A stretch of DNA of 64,000 bases from Squalus acanthias (Eukaryota): NCBI GenBank assembly GCA_030390025.1, contig CM059425.1, forward strand, positions 176,268,001-176,332,000, written 5' to 3'. The notes beneath the pieces were generated by a model. It worked only from the letters and a program-made list of their open reading frames with translations, was not told the origin of the DNA and did not search any database. Each line of letters begins with the position of its first letter. The first letter of the stretch is position 1. This document shows, piece by piece, positions 63,484 through 64,000 of the stretch. A program made the position numbers and the translations under genes.

Positions 63484-63540
63484 TTGAATCATTCTCAATT
63501 GTGTCTGAAACTCAAGCATTCATCCAACTGCTACACCAAG

Positions 63541-64000
63541 GGGGTAATTTTAACCCCCAAGGACAGGTGGGTTGTGGACGGGTAAAAATTTTAATTTTCA
63601 AACCCCACCCCAATCCGCACACTTCCAGTTTTAATGGAGGCGGGTCGGGGGGAGCGACCAATCCGCTCTCAGGAGGAGGGTTGGTCATTGAAATCTCGTA
63701 AGGAAGCTTCATGCCTCCACTTTAACTGGATTTTTATTTTTAATACATGGAGGTCAGGAATCCCGGCAGGTAAAAGGAGGTCAGAAGGTCTGGATCCATG
63801 AGGTATGTGCCTTTATTGCACTGCTGTGAGCAGGAGGAGGAGCAGGAGTGTTTCCTCCAGGCCCAACAAGCTTACCTCCATGCGATAGGATCTCCTGATC
63901 AGTCGACCCCCACCCCTCCCATAACCCCCCCCCCCCCCCCCGCACCGCGATGTCCGATTCTCCCCCCACCCCACCCCCGCAATATCTGACTTACCTGATA
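63541..64000. mobile_element. GC-rich MITE (family of 10968-11945), running off the window end
   Basis: Starts gggggtaattttaac; reverse-complement homology to 11410-11940. Confidence 0.65.

Overview
Eukaryotic, repeat-dominated non-genic (intronic or intergenic) DNA. It is most likely from a cartilaginous fish, inferred from SacSINE1/DeuSINE-like SINEs and CR1 LINEs with (TTCTTATG)n tails. No intact host protein-coding gene could be supported. The window is a layered transposon landscape with five components. (1) A structurally complete but mutated 4.2-kb PIF/Harbinger DNA transposon (22539-26761, 17-bp TIRs, ATA TSD) carrying a convergent HARBI1-like DDE transposase and a 3-exon Myb/SANT gene, plus more than 10 Harbinger deletion derivatives or MITEs. 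(2) Many CR1 LINE fragments, several nested inside each other. (3) Penelope-like element pieces, including a GIY-YIG ORF, whose terminal repeats carry minimal hammerhead-ribozyme motifs; two of these form ~200-bp hairpin mini-elements with TSDs. (4) Two solo LTRs with 4-bp TSDs; the 1.26-kb one has an ORF-like 5' end reminiscent of complex retroviruses. (5) tRNA-derived SINEs, one sharing its 3' tail with a LINE in the same window. All calls come from reading the sequence by eye; no database searches were run, and boundaries without TSD support are approximate.
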